A stretch of DNA of 64,000 nucleotides. It comes from a virus (taxonomy: Duplodnaviria > Caudoviricetes). Below the pieces are notes generated by a model. It was not told where the DNA came from. It worked only from the letters and a program-made list of their open reading frames with translations, and made no database searches. Positions 38,195 to 46,782 of the stretch are shown piece by piece (position 1 is the first letter of the stretch; every line of letters begins with the position of its first letter). Position numbers and translations under genes: made by a program. Where the stretch lies: positions 59,903 through 123,902 of the IMG/VR virus record IMGVR_UViG_2585427716_000002; one strand, written 5' to 3'.

Positions 38195-38557
38195 CTAATT
38201 AAAGTCTTTAAGATATAGATTATTAGTTTTAAGGATCATATCCTTCCTCCACTAACCATGACAACAGCTTGAATTTCATGATCCTGACTGTTGCAGCAAT
38301 TCTTACACATACCCTATTAGGCGGGCCGTTTAGGTTACCACAAAAAATTCAGGAGATACCTATTAGGCGGGTCAAATAGCCCGCCAATAGGTGACCGCTA
38401 ATATCTTTCATGTCTTTGGGTAGGAAGGTAAGACGCCACTCTGATGAGCGAATGGTGCAGTAATGACCTAATAATTACTCACCTGTAATCTATTATAATA
38501 GAATTACCTTACCACTTAAAGATAAAGTTACCGGACGGCTACCAAGGAGGAATTAAA

Positions 38558-38824
38558 ATGACTAATAGTTTTATTTGTTTATTCAAGGATCAAAAGGGCA
38601 TTTATTTTTATAACAACCATAAGGTTACAAGTAACGAAGAATGCGAAGCCGGGATTGCAGATTTGTTTGTACCTCAAAATTCACTGCCTTGGGTAGGCCT
38701 ATCCAATCTACTGAACAAACTCGGCCACCAAATTGATAGTTTAACTTTTGTAGTGTTTGAAAGAGGCAAAGACATTAACGCTATCAACGAATTCATCCAT
38801 ATCTATGCTGACGATATCGAGTGA
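38558..38824 (+). CDS. Hypothetical early protein
   Basis: RBS AAGGAGG. Confidence 0.7.
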   Translation: MTNSFICLFKDQKGIYFYNNHKVTSNEECEAGIADLFVPQNSLPWVGLSNLLNKLGHQIDSLTFVVFERGKDINAINEFIHIYADDIE

Positions 38825-38896
38825 GTTTAGATTAGTATTTAAAATACCATTATTATATATTAATATACGGACAACAATCAAATCGGAGGTAATTAA

Positions 38897-39313
38897 ATGA
38901 GTTCGACAACAGTCTTTAATCGTCTTCAATCACTTTTCCCTCAGGGTCTTCTTTTAGATACTGGCGGAAATTGCTTTAACTTATTCATGGAATTCCCCTC
39001 AAAGGATGGAAGTCTGGCTGGGGTATTAATTTGGGAAGAAGCAGTCATTGTCTACAGTAATGATAGCAAATATCTTTCGAAAGAGGATTATCACCGATTA
39101 AATGAATCACTAATGGCTGAGGATGAGGACGAAACTTTCAAAAAACACGAACAGGTTATCCTCACATCTAATGACATCTCCTGGGACGACGATGACAACG
39201 AAGTTATCGAACCTCTCCCTAATGATGTATTTGATCGTAAAACAATGTTAGCTATAGGTGAATCATGGAGAAAATTTAACACAGGTTTATCCAAAGTGCT
39301 GAGAGGCCATTAG
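38897..39313 (+). CDS. Hypothetical acidic early protein
   Basis: RBS GGAGG; terminator at 39318-39355. Confidence 0.7.
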   Translation: MSSTTVFNRLQSLFPQGLLLDTGGNCFNLFMEFPSKDGSLAGVLIWEEAVIVYSNDSKYLSKEDYHRLNESLMAEDEDETFKKHEQVILTSNDISWDDDDNEVIEPLPNDVFDRKTMLAIGESWRKFNTGLSKVLRGH

Positions 39314-39476
39314 GCCTCTCCCTCTCCTCACCGCCAAGTGGGAGGATTTTTTTTTGTTCACTAAATAGTATTTAAAATACCATTTATAAAAACTATTTAA
39401 AAACTTCGCAACTATCTCAGAAGTTGCCACGATCATTAGAGTGATCGAAGGATAAACTGAGAGGGGAAATTTAAAC

Positions 39477-40718
39477 ATGATACTTACTAATAATCTTATG
39501 GAACAGTCAATGGAAGAAGCAATCAAAATCCTTAATAAATCCAGACTAATCCGTGAAGCGGGTGTTGACTCATCTCTTTATGTAGAGCGGGAGCAGTATC
39601 TTAAAGACCTGCTAGGAGAGGAAGGGTATATCTCTTTTCATCCCAACGTCGAAAAAGATTTGACAGCAGACTTTCAAAAACAAGCACAGCCATTGGTTTC
39701 ACAAAAACATGATATTTACTTGAATGAACACCGTTATGAAGAAGAAAGAAGAGCTTATAACGATTATTCGATAGCAAGTAAATTGTTGGATGATGTAACG
39801 AACGAACATCTTTTAAACAACACTATTCCAGGAGAGGTAACTACGTTCATCAAAAGAAGGGATATAAAAGGCCTGTCTTCTCCAAAACTTTCAAAGTTAC
39901 TCGTAAAGATTTTTGGCGAAACTAGTGAAGTTGTCAAGTGGTATACAAATAAATGCCCTAAAAAACTAGAGAAAGGTGTAATCAAAAACTATAAAGTTCA
40001 CCTTTCGATCTTACCGCACCATATTGCAGGTATGTCTTACTATGCGCCCTATAACTGGGGTGGCGAGAAATGGGTTACCGGCTGGCGCAACACATCTTGC
40101 ATGGACACATCTAGAAACGGTTCAGGTGACTGCATTAACCAGTTACCGCCTAACTTGCTCGATTCCACCCTTGCTGTTGCGTACCTTACTACGTCTGAAA
40201 ATGATGAACTATTTTCTCCTCGTTATGAGGCAAGACTTCTTGTGCGTGTTATTAAAGTAACAGATAATGATTACTTACTGGTCGGGTTCCGCCCCTTCTA
40301 TACGAATAATACAACTAAAAACTATTTAATCGAAGGTCTTAAAGCCAAGTTCGATAACTTCGTCCAATGCGACGACCTTAGAAGTGAATATTCTGATTTG
40401 TACGGGTCTCATATGTCTTCTTTCTCAATGTACACTGAGGTGGGGTGGTCTCATACAGGTATCAAGGTTAGTTGCGATGATTGTGACGGAGACGGTACTG
40501 ATTGGGACGATGAAGAATGCAGTACGTGTGAGGGAACAGGCTACGTCTCAAGTTACGACGACGACCCTTTCTATCCTTACGTAGATGATCCTGAATTCCT
40601 TGAATTCTTCGAAGATCGTGTAGAGATATCGTTACCAAAAGAGTACCTGATAGCTAAAGGTTATATGGAAGCACCTAAGAAAGAGGTGTCACCCTCGACA
40701 GCAAGTCTCGCTAGCTGA
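39477..40718 (+). CDS. Hypothetical protein with DnaJ-type zinc finger; paralog of 36542..37903
   Basis: CDDCDGDG and CSTCEGTG; HHIAGMSYY...TSCMD. Confidence 0.75.
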   Translation: MILTNNLMEQSMEEAIKILNKSRLIREAGVDSSLYVEREQYLKDLLGEEGYISFHPNVEKDLTADFQKQAQPLVSQKHDIYLNEHRYEEERRAYNDYSIASKLLDDVTNEHLLNNTIPGEVTTFIKRRDIKGLSSPKLSKLLVKIFGETSEVVKWYTNKCPKKLEKGVIKNYKVHLSILPHHIAGMSYYAPYNWGGEKWVTGWRNTSCMDTSRNGSGDCINQLPPNLLDSTLAVAYLTTSENDELFSPRYEARLLVRVIKVTDNDYLLVGFRPFYTNNTTKNYLIEGLKAKFDNFVQCDDLRSEYSDLYGSHMSSFSMYTEVGWSHTGIKVSCDDCDGDGTDWDDEECSTCEGTGYVSSYDDDPFYPYVDDPEFLEFFEDRVEISLPKEYLIAKGYMEAPKKEVSPSTASLAS

Positions 40719-40869
40719 GGAACCATACAGCCTTCAAGGGACAAGGACATTTAGGTTCAATGCCTCAAGACCTAACCCTCCATCAGGCCCAAGACTTGTA
40801 TCAGTAGATTTCTCAGAATTGGAGAGATCGATATTCCAAGGGTTACGAAACCCACAAATATAACAATAA

Positions 40870-40905
40870 AATAGTATTTACAATACTATTATTATATGGT
40901 ATAAT
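40870..40905 (+). promoter_or_regulatory. SigA promoter TTTACA-17-TATAAT with palindromic operator
   Basis: AATAGTATT-TAC-AATACTATT at 40870-40890; TG-n-TATAAT at 40900. Confidence 0.8.
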
Positions 40906-40945
40906 TAATATAGTTGATAAGATAACGTTTAAGGGGACATGCTCA

Positions 40946-42061
40946 ATGAAAAAAATGAAAAAACAACTAGTTAAACTATTAAACATCCAGGCCCCATCGG
41001 GAGAAGAGCACAAAGTTGTAAAGTACGTGAAACCAATCTTGCAAAGTCTCTGCGATAAAGTTTGGTTAGATGACTATAAAAACCTCCTTGCTGAGAAGAA
41101 AGTAGGCTCAGGCAAAGGCGCAACAATCATCCTATCAGCACACATGGACAGTGTCAGCAACATAATTAAAGACCGGGTTGTTTATGAATCAAACGGAACT
41201 TTTTACTCCACTAAAGGTATTCTCGGGGCCGACGATAGAGCCGGGATTGCAATTTTATTGGCCGTACTTAGAAACGTGGAAAAAACAGCTTTTGAAGGGA
41301 CCATCAAAGTTGCTTTCTCTCGTGAAGAGGAGATTGGTTGCGTAGGGTCTCAAAAAATTGATCCTGAATGGATTAAAGGTTCTGATTTGGCTATTGTAGT
41401 GGATCGCAGAGGGAACAACGATATTGTAGTAGGCAACTACAGTCAGGCTTTCTGTTCAAACGAAGTGGGAAAATTCTTCGAAGACTGTTCCGCCCTCCAG
41501 GATATGAATTGGCAAGCAACCGAAGGCGGGATCTCAGACGCTTGTACATTCGCCGAGTTAAATGTGAATGCTGTGAATCTCTCAGCCGGCTACCAAAATG
41601 AACACACAGAAAAAGAGTACGTAGTGTACAAGGACATGCAGAAGACCGTTAAACTGATCCTTCAAGTCCTGGCGTCAGTTAACGATTTCGCTGGAGGTTT
41701 CGGAGATGTGCCGCTCAGTAACAATTGGGTAGAAGGTTATGATGGTATGGCGTATTACAATGATTGGAATGACTACGCCGACGATTACGAAGACCTATGG
41801 GAAGGAAGAGACCAATACGGAACGGTTTCCTCTTCTATAGTTGATGGAAACGTCTGTATTACTCAACGTGTAGGTGAGGCGTTAGATGAAGTGTACATTT
41901 CCACAGCTACGTTTGAAAAAATCATAAGAGCCTACGAAAGAAACAAGGTAGCTAATTCGTACACCTCTTACCTCACAGATAATACCCTCCCTTCTGCTGG
42001 TGGACTAAGCGAAGCGGAGAAAGTAGTAATCGAAAAGCACGGTAAGATAGGAACTTTTTGA
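40946..42061 (+). CDS. Zinc metallopeptidase, M20/M28/M42 clan
   Basis: SAHMDSV, GADDRAG, SREEEIG, GGISDA, YQNEHT. Confidence 0.85.
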   Translation: MKKMKKQLVKLLNIQAPSGEEHKVVKYVKPILQSLCDKVWLDDYKNLLAEKKVGSGKGATIILSAHMDSVSNIIKDRVVYESNGTFYSTKGILGADDRAGIAILLAVLRNVEKTAFEGTIKVAFSREEEIGCVGSQKIDPEWIKGSDLAIVVDRRGNNDIVVGNYSQAFCSNEVGKFFEDCSALQDMNWQATEGGISDACTFAELNVNAVNLSAGYQNEHTEKEYVVYKDMQKTVKLILQVLASVNDFAGGFGDVPLSNNWVEGYDGMAYYNDWNDYADDYEDLWEGRDQYGTVSSSIVDGNVCITQRVGEALDEVYISTATFEKIIRAYERNKVANSYTSYLTDNTLPSAGGLSEAEKVVIEKHGKIGTF

Positions 42062-42303
42062 TCCCTAACACTTCCGCTGCAACAGTAGTCTGAATATTCT
42101 TTCTAATGGACTGAGCTGTGTTGTCCTATCTGTTATGGTTTTGCTTTTGAACCTCTTATTAGGCGCTCCTATGGATGTGCAACAAAAAACCTACCCAAAG
42201 TACCCAAACAAGATGGTATCCCTGACAAGCGAACGCAGTAAGCGTCAGGGATACGGCGGGTTTTAGTATTATAAATACTACTTTAGTGTGGAGGAATGTT
42301 GAT

Positions 42304-42441
42304 TTGAAGCAAGGTATCTTATCGTTTAAAGGAACAGTAAGAGAGTTTCAAGTATTTTTAAAAGGTTTACGTAAGGATTTATCGGAAGGTATTGAATACG
42401 ATCTACCGCCTACAAAGAAAGTGACCATAAAGACCTCATAA
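42304..42441 (+). CDS. 45-aa hypothetical peptide (not in the ORF track)
   Basis: RBS GGAGG; TTG start; MKQGILSFKGTVREFQVFLKGLRKDLSEGIEYDLPPTKKVTIKTS*. Confidence 0.5.
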   Translation: MKQGILSFKGTVREFQVFLKGLRKDLSEGIEYDLPPTKKVTIKTS

Positions 42442-42502
42442 CAACATTCCCAATATTATATCAAATAGACCTTGTTTAAATTCAAATTTGGAGTTGGTAG
42501 CT

Positions 42503-42835
42503 ATGCTTAAAAATAACGATCAAAACACAGAGGTAACCTACTTACCTAACGGCTGGGTCCATCTAGAACACATAGACGCTTATTGGGTATACTTAAAGAC
42601 CTTCATACACGAAGGACAACCCCTGACAATATACATGGATGACTTCTCCGTCGAGCCTATCTCAGTAAAGGCGTATCACTTGGATGACCTAGTTATTGAC
42701 GAAGATTGGGCAAACCTGCATGAAAATACAATCCTTAGCTGTGATACAATGGACGTAGAATTTTTCAAACCCCACTTACCTGCACATATCTATAAAGAAC
42801 TTAAAAAAGCTCATGACGAGTTCTTCGAAGATTGA
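42503..42835 (+). CDS. Hypothetical protein
   Basis: ORF track 42488..42835; ATG at 42503. Confidence 0.6.
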   Translation: MLKNNDQNTEVTYLPNGWVHLEHIDAYWVYLKTFIHEGQPLTIYMDDFSVEPISVKAYHLDDLVIDEDWANLHENTILSCDTMDVEFFKPHLPAHIYKELKKAHDEFFED

Positions 42836-42848
42836 GGGGGTGGTGTTT

Positions 42849-43370
42849 GTGAAATTAAATCAAATAGAATTACTGACAAAGAATCTAATGGAGAAATTAT
42901 TCGTACCCACTCTTCACAGTATACTTCAAAAGGCTAACCCACAAGCTTATAAAAAATGGGGCGGTAATGCATGTCGTCAAACAGCTATCTTCGGGGCCGC
43001 CATACTTCGGTACCTACTGCCTGAGTATACCTGGACGGTTTGGGACGGTGATTTCTCCGACATCGTTAACGGGAAGAAAGTTAAATATAACCACGCTTGG
43101 ATACACGGAGTTAATAAGAAGGAACGTAAAGGGTTATTGATTGACCTTAGTCGTCTATACCATGAACGTCTCTTCCTCCCTGTTACGAAAAACAAGTACC
43201 CTAAGAAACACCCTTCATATCAACACATGAGACTTATCCGTAAAAAACCAATGGACATTGAAGAATGCCTAAATGATATTGAATACTATACCGGAAAACC
43301 AGGCCACGAATTGCTGAGTATTATCCTAACTGAGATGGATAAGAAACAGGCAATGGGGTTGATGGACTAG
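42849..43370 (+). CDS. Hypothetical protein with C...H...D triad (transglutaminase/papain-like fold possible)
   Basis: GNACRQ, NHAWI, LIDLS; RBS GAGGGGG before GTG. Confidence 0.5.
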   Translation: MKLNQIELLTKNLMEKLFVPTLHSILQKANPQAYKKWGGNACRQTAIFGAAILRYLLPEYTWTVWDGDFSDIVNGKKVKYNHAWIHGVNKKERKGLLIDLSRLYHERLFLPVTKNKYPKKHPSYQHMRLIRKKPMDIEECLNDIEYYTGKPGHELLSIILTEMDKKQAMGLMD

Positions 43371-43420
43371 GTCGTGTTAATGAAGACATTTAGCAGCGAA
43401 TAAAAATTGAGGTAGAGAGG

Positions 43421-43771
43421 ATGAGCAAACCTATGCGCTCAAAGCTTAAACGAGATACAAAGGTCGACATCTTGGTAACTAACGAACCACCTTACAAAAT
43501 CATAAATAAAGAAGGCGACCTTGTGGGGTACACTCTACAAGACAACGTCGGCGTTTACTTACATAATGTCAATTTCAAGTTAATTGGCGGCCTCCCTACC
43601 TTGGAAGGCCGTTACAAGGGAATTATTGAAGTAGAGCGTTTGAACATCAGTGACGGGACCGGTGTAATGTTCGACCCAGTTAATCAGATTTTTACAGACG
43701 GGGAGAATGAAATTAAGGCCGCTCGCATGGTGCAGGTATACAACGGAATAATAAAGGTGGTAATAAAGTGA
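43421..43771 (+). CDS. Hypothetical protein
   Basis: RBS GAGG; operon context. Confidence 0.6.
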   Translation: MSKPMRSKLKRDTKVDILVTNEPPYKIINKEGDLVGYTLQDNVGVYLHNVNFKLIGGLPTLEGRYKGIIEVERLNISDGTGVMFDPVNQIFTDGENEIKAARMVQVYNGIIKVVIK

Positions 43772-44049
43772 GTGAAATGTCTTTTGTTGATATTCAAAAA
43801 TCTAGAGTGAATCTGCTGACTGAAACACTTGACAAAAAGGTAGAAGGCCTTGTGCAAGACTTAGTACGTGTTAGGAAATATATCGCTGACGGTGCATTGG
43901 ATAGAATCAACTCATCAGGCGAGATTCAAGGTAGAGGACAGCAAGTCGACCTGCTATGCAATCAAATAAGGACCATCCTTTCAACAGTAGAAGAGTTTGA
44001 GGCTTACCAAGCTACTTACAGGAAAGAGTTAATTAAAACCGAGGGCTGA
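43768..44049 (+). CDS. Hypothetical protein
   Basis: Overlaps the previous stop; terminator-like hairpin after. Confidence 0.6.
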   Translation: MSEMSFVDIQKSRVNLLTETLDKKVEGLVQDLVRVRKYIADGALDRINSSGEIQGRGQQVDLLCNQIRTILSTVEEFEAYQATYRKELIKTEG

Positions 44050-44187
44050 CTGCCCTTCTTTTTTTTGCCGTAAGGAGATCAAAATCAGATCTCCCTTACT
44101 TTGTAGTATTTACAGTACCTATTAAAGTATGTTAAAACATATAAAGATGGTTACAAGTCACCTATTGACGATAGGAGGTCAACTTAC

Positions 44188-44460
44188 ATGCCCAAAATAA
44201 AAAAATACAGCTATAGAACTGAAAATAAATTAAAACACTTCATCTCTATCAGAAAAGCCGAAAAAGCACTGGAGACCGGTAGACAGGTTAAGATTGCAGA
44301 CGTCGAAAATGAGTTGGCTGAATACTGCGAGGTATCTCTTGATACGATTAGACTAATCAAAAGAAACGTGAACCAGCCATCCCTCGAAGTAGCCATGAAA
44401 ATAGCCGAATACTTAAACTTACCTGTCGAAGAGATATTTGAACTAAAAGACAATGAATGA
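44188..44460 (+). CDS. XRE-family HTH transcriptional regulator
   Basis: ELAEYCEVSLDTIRLIKR...PSLEVAMKIAEYLNLPVEEIF; RBS AGGAGG; operator-like site at 44102-44122. Confidence 0.85.
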   Translation: MPKIKKYSYRTENKLKHFISIRKAEKALETGRQVKIADVENELAEYCEVSLDTIRLIKRNVNQPSLEVAMKIAEYLNLPVEEIFELKDNE

Positions 44461-44508
44461 TCGATCTTTAGGAGAAGGCCCGCCCTTCTCCTTTAATCTT
44501 TCACAAAT

Positions 44509-44544
44509 AATAGTATTTACAATACTATTATCATATGGTATAAT
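44509..44544 (+). promoter_or_regulatory. SigA promoter with palindromic operator, followed by a CGCAACT promoter at 44563
   Basis: AATAGTATT-TAC-AATACTATT at 44509-44529; TATAAT at 44539. Confidence 0.8.
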
Positions 44545-44634
44545 AAAATTATCAGTTAGGGTCGCAACTAATCTCGGTCCCATAACGATAATTACTCTGG
44601 TAAAAGACCATAATTTAAGAGGTGCAAAAAAGTT

Positions 44635-45198
44635 ATGACAAAAGATCAAATTTCAACAATGTCTGTTTACTACACTGAGAAGTACGGAACACCTACAAGC
44701 CCTAGTGACGCCATCAGTAAACTAGTTGCCATGTATAGAGACCTTTTTGATGAAATTCCAAAACAGGAAGTTAAGGAAGGTATAGCAGAATATTACAGAA
44801 TTCTGTGTAGTCGTGAGTTGGACGCTTATATTTGGATCGCTGAGTGTCTTCATGTAACCGCCAAAAAAGAGAAACAAAAGCGTACCTTTGCTTATTGCGT
44901 AGGTATGTTACGCTCTTGGATGAAGAACGGGTTCGGACACCTCCCCAATCAGGAAGAAGACGAGTTGGTTGACTATTTCCAAGAGGTTACTGGTTTCGAA
45001 GTCAAGCACCAGGCTCGCAGTGTAATTCAAAATCTCATGGGTAAGTATGGAATCATCAAAGTAACTAGGATGATAGGCAACTTAGAAAATGCAAGTGATT
45101 TGGGACTTGTTTTGATGTTGCATTTAAAAGAGCTAATGGATAATGAATACAGTACAGACGTTTTAAGTGAGTCGGACAAAGCAAACAGCTCTATGTAA
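44635..45198 (+). CDS. Protein with DnaD/DnaB_2-like motif
   Basis: FAYCVGMLRSWMKNG resembles the YxxxILxxW motif of DnaD C-terminal domains. Confidence 0.5.
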   Translation: MTKDQISTMSVYYTEKYGTPTSPSDAISKLVAMYRDLFDEIPKQEVKEGIAEYYRILCSRELDAYIWIAECLHVTAKKEKQKRTFAYCVGMLRSWMKNGFGHLPNQEEDELVDYFQEVTGFEVKHQARSVIQNLMGKYGIIKVTRMIGNLENASDLGLVLMLHLKELMDNEYSTDVLSESDKANSSM

Positions 45199-45251
45199 AT
45201 ATTCGATTATCTGATTCAACCTACAGACTAACTTTCGTTGGAGGATACAGA

Positions 45252-45653
45252 ATGACATTAGAAGGTGAAGTATTCGGCATAGCCGGCAAAGGAAGACTAA
45301 GTGTGGTCAATGCTGGCGGTTCCGTGCTCGCTCTAGAAGGTGACATTAAAGACTTAAAAGGAAATGACATCCTTGTTATCGTCAGCCAAGAAGGAGATGT
45401 AATCGCTACCCAAAAGAACCCCTACCACAGAGAATTTTATTACGATTACATAAGTTCTAGTGTATATAACGATAGACAAATCGGCGAACAATATTATTGG
45501 GGTTATGAATACGACCTTCAAGTATTATTAGGTTATTATAGCAAAAAAGAATTTATATTTAACGAAACAGCCATAAAGCTGTTTGGCGAGACTGTACTCG
45601 AAGAACTAAACGAAGCTGTAATTGACTTTGTTAGGTCGGTTAGTCTCGAATAG
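45252..45653 (+). CDS. Hypothetical protein
   Basis: RBS GGAGG. Confidence 0.65.
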   Translation: MTLEGEVFGIAGKGRLSVVNAGGSVLALEGDIKDLKGNDILVIVSQEGDVIATQKNPYHREFYYDYISSSVYNDRQIGEQYYWGYEYDLQVLLGYYSKKEFIFNETAIKLFGETVLEELNEAVIDFVRSVSLE

Positions 45654-45671
45654 CTATAGGAGGAAGTCAAA

Positions 45672-45953
45672 TTGGTTAGAAAAGAATACCCATTCAAATT
45701 ATCAAACAAATTAGGGCATTATCTAAGAATCAAACAAGCACAGTTGACAATCGAAAGAGACAAGCCCGTTACCCTGCAAGAGGTGCATAAAGAAATGGCT
45801 GACTACATAGGTGTTGCCCGTAGCGCTATGGCTTTTATCAAGTCAGAAAACTACAATCCATCTCTGATTGTTGCCATGGCAATTGCTGAATACCTTGGAG
45901 TAGCTGTTGAAGATATATTCCAAATTGAGCGTAAAAAAGAGGACACTGAATAA
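45672..45953 (+). CDS. XRE-family HTH regulator, paralog of 44188..44460
   Basis: EMADYIGVARSAMAFIKS...PSLIVAMAIAEYLGVAVEDIF. Confidence 0.85.
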   Translation: MVRKEYPFKLSNKLGHYLRIKQAQLTIERDKPVTLQEVHKEMADYIGVARSAMAFIKSENYNPSLIVAMAIAEYLGVAVEDIFQIERKKEDTE

Positions 45954-46477
45954 TGAAGCACGTTGCTAGTCGCCTTGTCAGGTACGCTGACAAAAATAAA
46001 GTCATACATGCTGACGAAATATTAGATGTCGCTCTTCGCCGTCTAGCAACGGACAAGACAATCAACCATAAGATACGATCTGCATTGTCTGACATCGACC
46101 CTCAACTGGAATTACTGGTGCCTAGACAGGTAGATAATCCTGAGAAGCAGTTCAAAAGATCTTTACAGAGGAAGTTTGGACTTAGGATTAATCTTTCAAT
46201 CTTAAAAGAAGACTACCCGAGCAGGTATAGGAAATTGCAAACTTACGGCCCACCTTCTGAGGTCCTCCTTCGTTGGGGACTTGACTATACCTATAGCAGC
46301 ACCATTTCTCCAAACCATTTCAAGGAGCTATTAGGCGCACTTTATGAGGGACAGCAAAAAATTTCAGGGCTGTATAAGCGTGATAAAAAACTTTATATGG
46401 CTATTTCCCACCAGGCAAAAAAAGGAGGGTTATCTTTCAAAGACTATATTGAAACACTTGGATACCATTACGAATAA
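45953..46477 (+). CDS. Basic hypothetical protein (possible DNA-binding)
   Basis: Coupled to the HTH gene. Confidence 0.6.
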   Translation: MKHVASRLVRYADKNKVIHADEILDVALRRLATDKTINHKIRSALSDIDPQLELLVPRQVDNPEKQFKRSLQRKFGLRINLSILKEDYPSRYRKLQTYGPPSEVLLRWGLDYTYSSTISPNHFKELLGALYEGQQKISGLYKRDKKLYMAISHQAKKGGLSFKDYIETLGYHYE

Positions 46478-46532
46478 GTCGTTGCAATAATTTCAATATT
46501 TTTCACAGAAAATTACTTGTAGAGAGATTTAG

Positions 46533-46700
46533 ATGATGGTTTTTGTTAAAGGCGATCGAGTGGAACACAAAAATAGAGGAAAGGGCGTGTTTTTGTCCTA
46601 TGGAACATTTGAGAATGAATCAGTGATCATGTTTGATGTAGATAGTAATGCAGAAGGCGATATACTAACAGTCACAACAAGCTTACAACAAGCTTATTAA
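46533..46700 (+). CDS. Small SH3-like ORF (possibly degenerate)
   Basis: FVKGDRVEHKNRGKGVF pattern; weak RBS. Confidence 0.4.
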   Translation: MMVFVKGDRVEHKNRGKGVFLSYGTFENESVIMFDVDSNAEGDILTVTTSLQQAY

Positions 46701-46782
46701 AAAAGTTAGATAGTGATAAGACCTAAAAATCGCAACTCAGCTCAGCTTAAAAGCGACCATTTACTGTAGGTGAGGTGATTAT

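Noticed and set aside
38436-38460. CTGATGAG...CGAA resembling a hammerhead ribozyme core
   Set aside because: No stem II between CUGAUGA and GAAA and no stem III or cleavage triplet; it folds as a simple hairpin
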